A stretch of DNA of 64,000 nt, from the NCBI GenBank assembly GCA_964247055.1, contig OZ176057.1, positions 5,270,001-5,334,000 on the forward strand, given 5' to 3'. Position 1 is the first letter of the stretch, and each line of letters starts with the position of its first letter. Below, piece by piece: positions 59,369-64,000 of this stretch. A program made the translations under genes and the position numbers. The notes below the pieces were generated by a model, which did no database searches, was not told the DNA's origin, and saw only the letters and a list, made by a program, of their open reading frames with translations. Source of the stretch: Paragordius varius. Its lineage: Eukaryota; Animalia; Nematomorpha.

Positions 59369-62300
59369 GTTTGTGTATATAATGATTTAAAAAAGAGCAT
59401 ACAAAGAATTCGACCTAACAATAAATCAACAAATCTCCTATCAAGGCTAATTTTAACAAAGATTAAAAAAAATTATTTTTTCAAAAAAAAACGGTTAATC
59501 TAAACTTTAGAATCAAGTTAAAATAATGTAATTATTTAAGAACCATTTTATAATTTCAAATCAAATTCTTAACCCTGATATTTCCCAAATTCAATTTATG
59601 GTTAAATTGAAAAAAATGTTTACTGCCTACATATTTTACCTTGATTTTGAGATAACCTTTCTTTGAAACTTTCATCGTGAGTGTTTGAATTCTCAAAAGT
59701 ATTTCTCCATACTAAAGTTTGGCCTTTATCCGTACAAGTTGCTACATATCTAAAATAATAATACAGTAAAAATAAAGACAAAAAACGTACGAAAAACCCT
59801 TCATTATAAGCTCTCTATCGCTTTGAGTTACAAATTAATAAGAGAGATGTAAATTGTTAATAATATATTATTTTTATTTCACAATCTTAATCGTAGACCA
59901 ACAAAGTCCTATTGCTATAACGTATTCGCAATGTTGGCTGGGCCATAAAAATGCGTCGACGACAAAAGACAGTTTTCTAATGATTTTAAACATGTGTGTT
60001 ACGTTAAAAATTGCCTCAAATAACCATAAAGTATAAATATTATGAATATAAATTACTTTGTAATATGAAAACTCAGATCAAAAGCCTTACCCTTGATAAC
60101 AATCTTAATCATGATGATTATATGAAATTAATCAAATGATCAAATTATAGCTCTTTAAATATATAAATATGTCGTTTTAATATACCTTAATTTAATTGTT
60201 ATTCAGATGATGATAATATCAGAAATTCGTAAAAACAAAACAAGCTTACAACTTTTTTTCTAGAATTTTAGATCTAAAAAAAGCCAAAAAAGTAATTTTC
60301 AAAACAAAATAAGATAAAATAACTTTGCATCAGGTGAAAATGAACAATTCAATACGTATTGGTTCATTTGTTCCGTCTTGCTTTGGAAACAATGTTGATT
60401 CGTATTAAAATTATCAAAGCTTTGTAGTAATAAATTACCATTATCATCATTACAATGTAAAACTTCGTCGTCCGAAGTTGGCCCATCACTGTTTACAATA
60501 TCCTTCTTATTTTGACTTATTTGGGCAAAATTTTCACCGTTCTTTTTATCTGATAAAACGATTAAACTTTTTGTTAATATTGTCAACGAGAACAAATATT
60601 TTATGTTAAAATAATAGAGTGAATTCTTGTAAAAGATATTATTAAATTAAACTATATCCAAAATTTCCTAATGGATTAAGTAAAACAAAAGAAAATAATT
60701 GTAATAAGATACACATTGAAAAAGATACCATGTATCGACAATTTTGGATATAGTTTAATTTAATATCTTTTACGAGAATTCTCAAATTATTATTTTATTA
60801 AACTATTTGTTTTTGAGTTTGATTCAGATTCGATGGAGAAACCAACAGTTATTTGATGTTGGGGCGAGCCAATACATTTGAGCGGAGTGCAAAATTCATA
60901 CATACGGAGTTGAAGTGATTTATGAAGTGCCATATATAACACATTGGTAAGACATGTCCTAAGTCCACCATTGTAGGACAAGGTTGAGGAATGTGGTGAT
61001 TTTTTCAACGATCTTATATGATGGCGATTAGTATCTTGGCTAACATTCAAATTTAGGTTAAATATGTTGTTTGCCATGATATTATTAGTGTTGTTATAAT
61101 TAACAGAGTTTGGACGACCAGTTTGATTTTGATTTTCATTTTCTAAGGGTATTTTTAATAAATTTAAATTATTTATATATACACCTCTCTATCTGACAAA
61201 ACAAATAAAAAGTATAAAGATTAATATATTTTGGTGTAAAGAAATTTATAAATTTAAGGATTTTTTTTCCTATAAAATACAATAACAAAATAAAACTATG
61301 TTTTCCCAATTTACAATGTCAAATCATATTCGCAACCCAATACAAAAATGTTAGATTTTTAGGGAAATCAACGTTACAAAAATATCTATATTATAAATAA
61401 TGATAGTTTTAGTGCTTTGCCTTTATTGAATATTTCAATTTTTACTCTTCTGATGGTAACAAATAGATAAAAATTTAATATTAAATTAAATTTAATATGG
61501 TTATTCAATTCATCTCTTTTCCATTTGTGAATATTATTTTAAAATGCATTCTTAAAAAATGAAAATGTGGTCAAAAAAATAATTTTAACGTATAATTTTA
61601 ACATAAACATATATTAAAATTCTATTTTTTTCTAATATTAAATATAATGTAAGGAAATTATATAGAAATTAAATATTATACAAATTTAACGTAAAAAAAT
61701 AAAGTATATTATAAAAAAATTATTATCTCAAAATAAAATTTGTCAATTATATAATTTACGCATTTGTTGTTTTTGTAGCATAATGGCAGTGTGTTTGACA
61801 ACTTCAAACGTGCATAAATTTTGTTCTTTATCGGAATGCGTATTCATATTATTATTCATAGCCCGGGTTATAATAGTTTCCATAGGCCAAATTGAACATA
61901 AACCCTTGTTTTATATTTAGATAGTCATAAGATTAAAAAAATAAATTATACCGATAAAAACGTGAAAACCATAATCTTTTCACTTTTAATTAGATTCTAT
62001 AAAAAACTATATATATATATATATATATATATACCATTTGCACTTCAAGAGTGTCTTTAAACACTTCAAAATTAGGTTATATACCATTTACAGTTCAAAT
62101 TCACCCTTAAACAAATTAAATTTACCATCAAACAATTCAAATTCACCCTTGAACAATTCAATATCACCCTAAAAATAAATAATGATTTTTTCGAACTAAT
62201 ATAACTCATTATTAATATAAAATATATCTTTATGGCATAGTTTATTATTTTTTTGATATTATTTTAATTTATAATTTTATTTTTCAAAAATATAAAAAAA

Positions 62301-63175
62301 TATAGGTTTGTAATTTTAAAAAACATATTAAGGGAAATTTGGATTGTTCGAATGTGCATTTGAATTGTTTAAGGGTAAATTTGAATTGCAAATGGTATAT
62401 ATACCAAAAATTAAAGAAGTTTTAAAAAAGTATAGCTGACTGTTTAATAAATATAAAATATTTAAGTTTTTAAGTGTTGTTTTTATAATTTCAAGTGTTG
62501 ATGTGTAATAAAACCTTTGATCTAAAAGCACAAGCGGTCCATCCTCACCCACCCCGTAAAGTAGAGCAGAATTTTCATGTATAAAACCGGCTTTAACGAA
62601 ATTTTTTTCACTGGAATTATTTAGGGTTATGATGGGATTTACATTGTTTTTGATGTTTGTTATATCATAGATTCGTATATAATTGTAACCTTAATGGAAA
62701 TTATTTGAAATGTGGAGAATATTAAAATTTTTTATAATCAAACAAATAAAATATATTTGTATGATTTAATTTATTAAAAGTTGCAAATAGCCACTTTAAA
62801 TCCATGTTTAAACAAAATATATTTAAAGCAATTACCTAAAGCAGCCAGATATTTTTCGTCTGCCGAAAAAGAAATATTGTTAAATTGCTAAATAATTTAG
62901 ATTATTAATTATATATATATATTTAAAGAAAAATATAAATTTTATGATATTACTGATTCCGGATGCTGTAAGGTGCAAAATGATGGATTGGAATCCCCGA
63001 TTTTTAATAATCTCATTTAATGATCATAGCCAGTCGTAGCAAAAAATTTTACCATTTCAGTATGAGTATAAATATTGCCAATTTTTTCCACATATGTCAT
63101 ATGAGATACGATAACCGCTAAGAATACTGCTGAGCAAGATATAACAAAACAACAGCTTAATTTCCTAATTTTCAT
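57590..63175 (-). pseudogene. LST8: LST8-like WD40 paralogue, copy 3 (most complete; one nonsense codon in exon 1)
   Basis: Exon 1 62954-63055 (upstream in-frame ATG at 63175) and exon 2 62836-62887. Full exon 3 reads GYNYIRIYD...KNFVKAGFIHENSALLYGVGEDGPLVLLDQR, matching LST8 [29 protein letters not shown]. The 3' exons are intact. TCA to TAA at 63017-63019 is followed directly by an ATG. The middle-exon junctions are not fully resolved by eye. Confidence 0.85.
62030..62400. mobile_element. MITE family A, inverted copy in an intron of LST8 copy 3
   Basis: TATACCATTTACAGTTCAAATTCACCCTT...AAGGGTAAATTTGAATTGCAAATGGTATA. The internal AATATATCTTTATGGCA is the reverse complement of the family's internal motif. 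Confidence 0.75.
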
Positions 63176-64000
63176 GGGTTTTTTTAAAACAAAAAACAGG
63201 TAAAATTTTTATTCAGCTTCTTATAATGTTTTATAAAAATCAAAGTTTCAAAGGTAATAGGGTTAAGTGTTACTTTTTAGTTTTAATTGAGGTTGTTCCA
63301 AAGGATTCATTAAATTAAAAAAATCCAAAAATTTTCATAATTGTGATTGCGTCCACTTACACAAATAACCAATCTACAATATAGTTTATATTTGTATTAA
63401 ATCAAGAACAAAATTTTATTTTATTTGGTATTTCTTAATAAATCAAAGTTTCAATTTAATAATTGGTAAATGAGGTTCGTACAAAGGAATTATTAAATTA
63501 AAAAAGGAAAAATTTTCATAATTGTGATTGCGTCGACTTACAAAAATACAATCTACAAGATGTTTTATATTTTTTGGAGTATAAAGTTTAAAAATGATAT
63601 AAATTTAAATTTTATGTTGTATATATGTTAGTAACACTATAGAAAGGCAATATTTTTACATTTCGTTTAAGATTTACTATATTATAATATTTCTTATTTT
63701 TAAAGAGTCAGACCGCAGTTTTTTTATTTTTTACGGTCAACACCTAACCCAACCTTATATATCTACACATGTAAAGCATACCAGTAATGAGATTGAAAGC
63801 ATCATGAGATAGTAATGTTCTCATATAATAATCAGATTTTTGAGCAGCTACGTTGTTTGCAATACTTGAATTATTTATTAAATGGTTATTTCTTTGTTTC
63901 GATAAATTCTCCATGCCGTTATCTCCGATATTCGACGGTGTGTTTTCAGTTTTTATACATTTGCAGGCTAATCGAAGCCCTAAAAGAACTGCAGGATCAA

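Larger units (their letters stand above)
51861..64000 (+). repeat. Segmental duplication, copy matching 25641-36854 (runs off the window end)
   Basis: Colinear with 25641-36854 apart from indels, notably an extra ~1 kb at 61600-62612. Confidence 0.95.

Overview
This is very AT-rich eukaryotic, almost certainly animal, genomic DNA. The evidence is spliceosomal introns, Ty3/Gypsy and Penelope-like retroelement relics, MITEs and satellites; there are no prokaryotic features, rRNA, tRNA or CRISPR arrays. The first ~10 kb holds the 3' end of an LRR cell-surface gene, a small secreted Lys/Pro/Thr-rich gene, several MITE families and two dead retroelements. From ~10.6 kb to the end the window is a tandem amplicon with a period of about 26 kb. 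Each unit contains a multi-exon, highly divergent LST8 (mLST8/GbetaL, TOR complex WD40 subunit) paralogue on the minus strand; there are three copies, each with different lesions, and copies 2 and 3 have an in-frame hydrophobic N-terminal extension. The region between successive copies holds a short GC-rich repeat carrying hairpins and a telomere-like G-quadruplex motif, and a TATA-containing promoter facing a plus-strand series of exon-like units. The putative introns between those units are filled with kb-scale satellites whose A-tracts are phased at 10-11 bp. Each unit also carries a poly-C-bounded GC-rich island with two stacked hairpins. All alignments were made by eye and no database searches were run.
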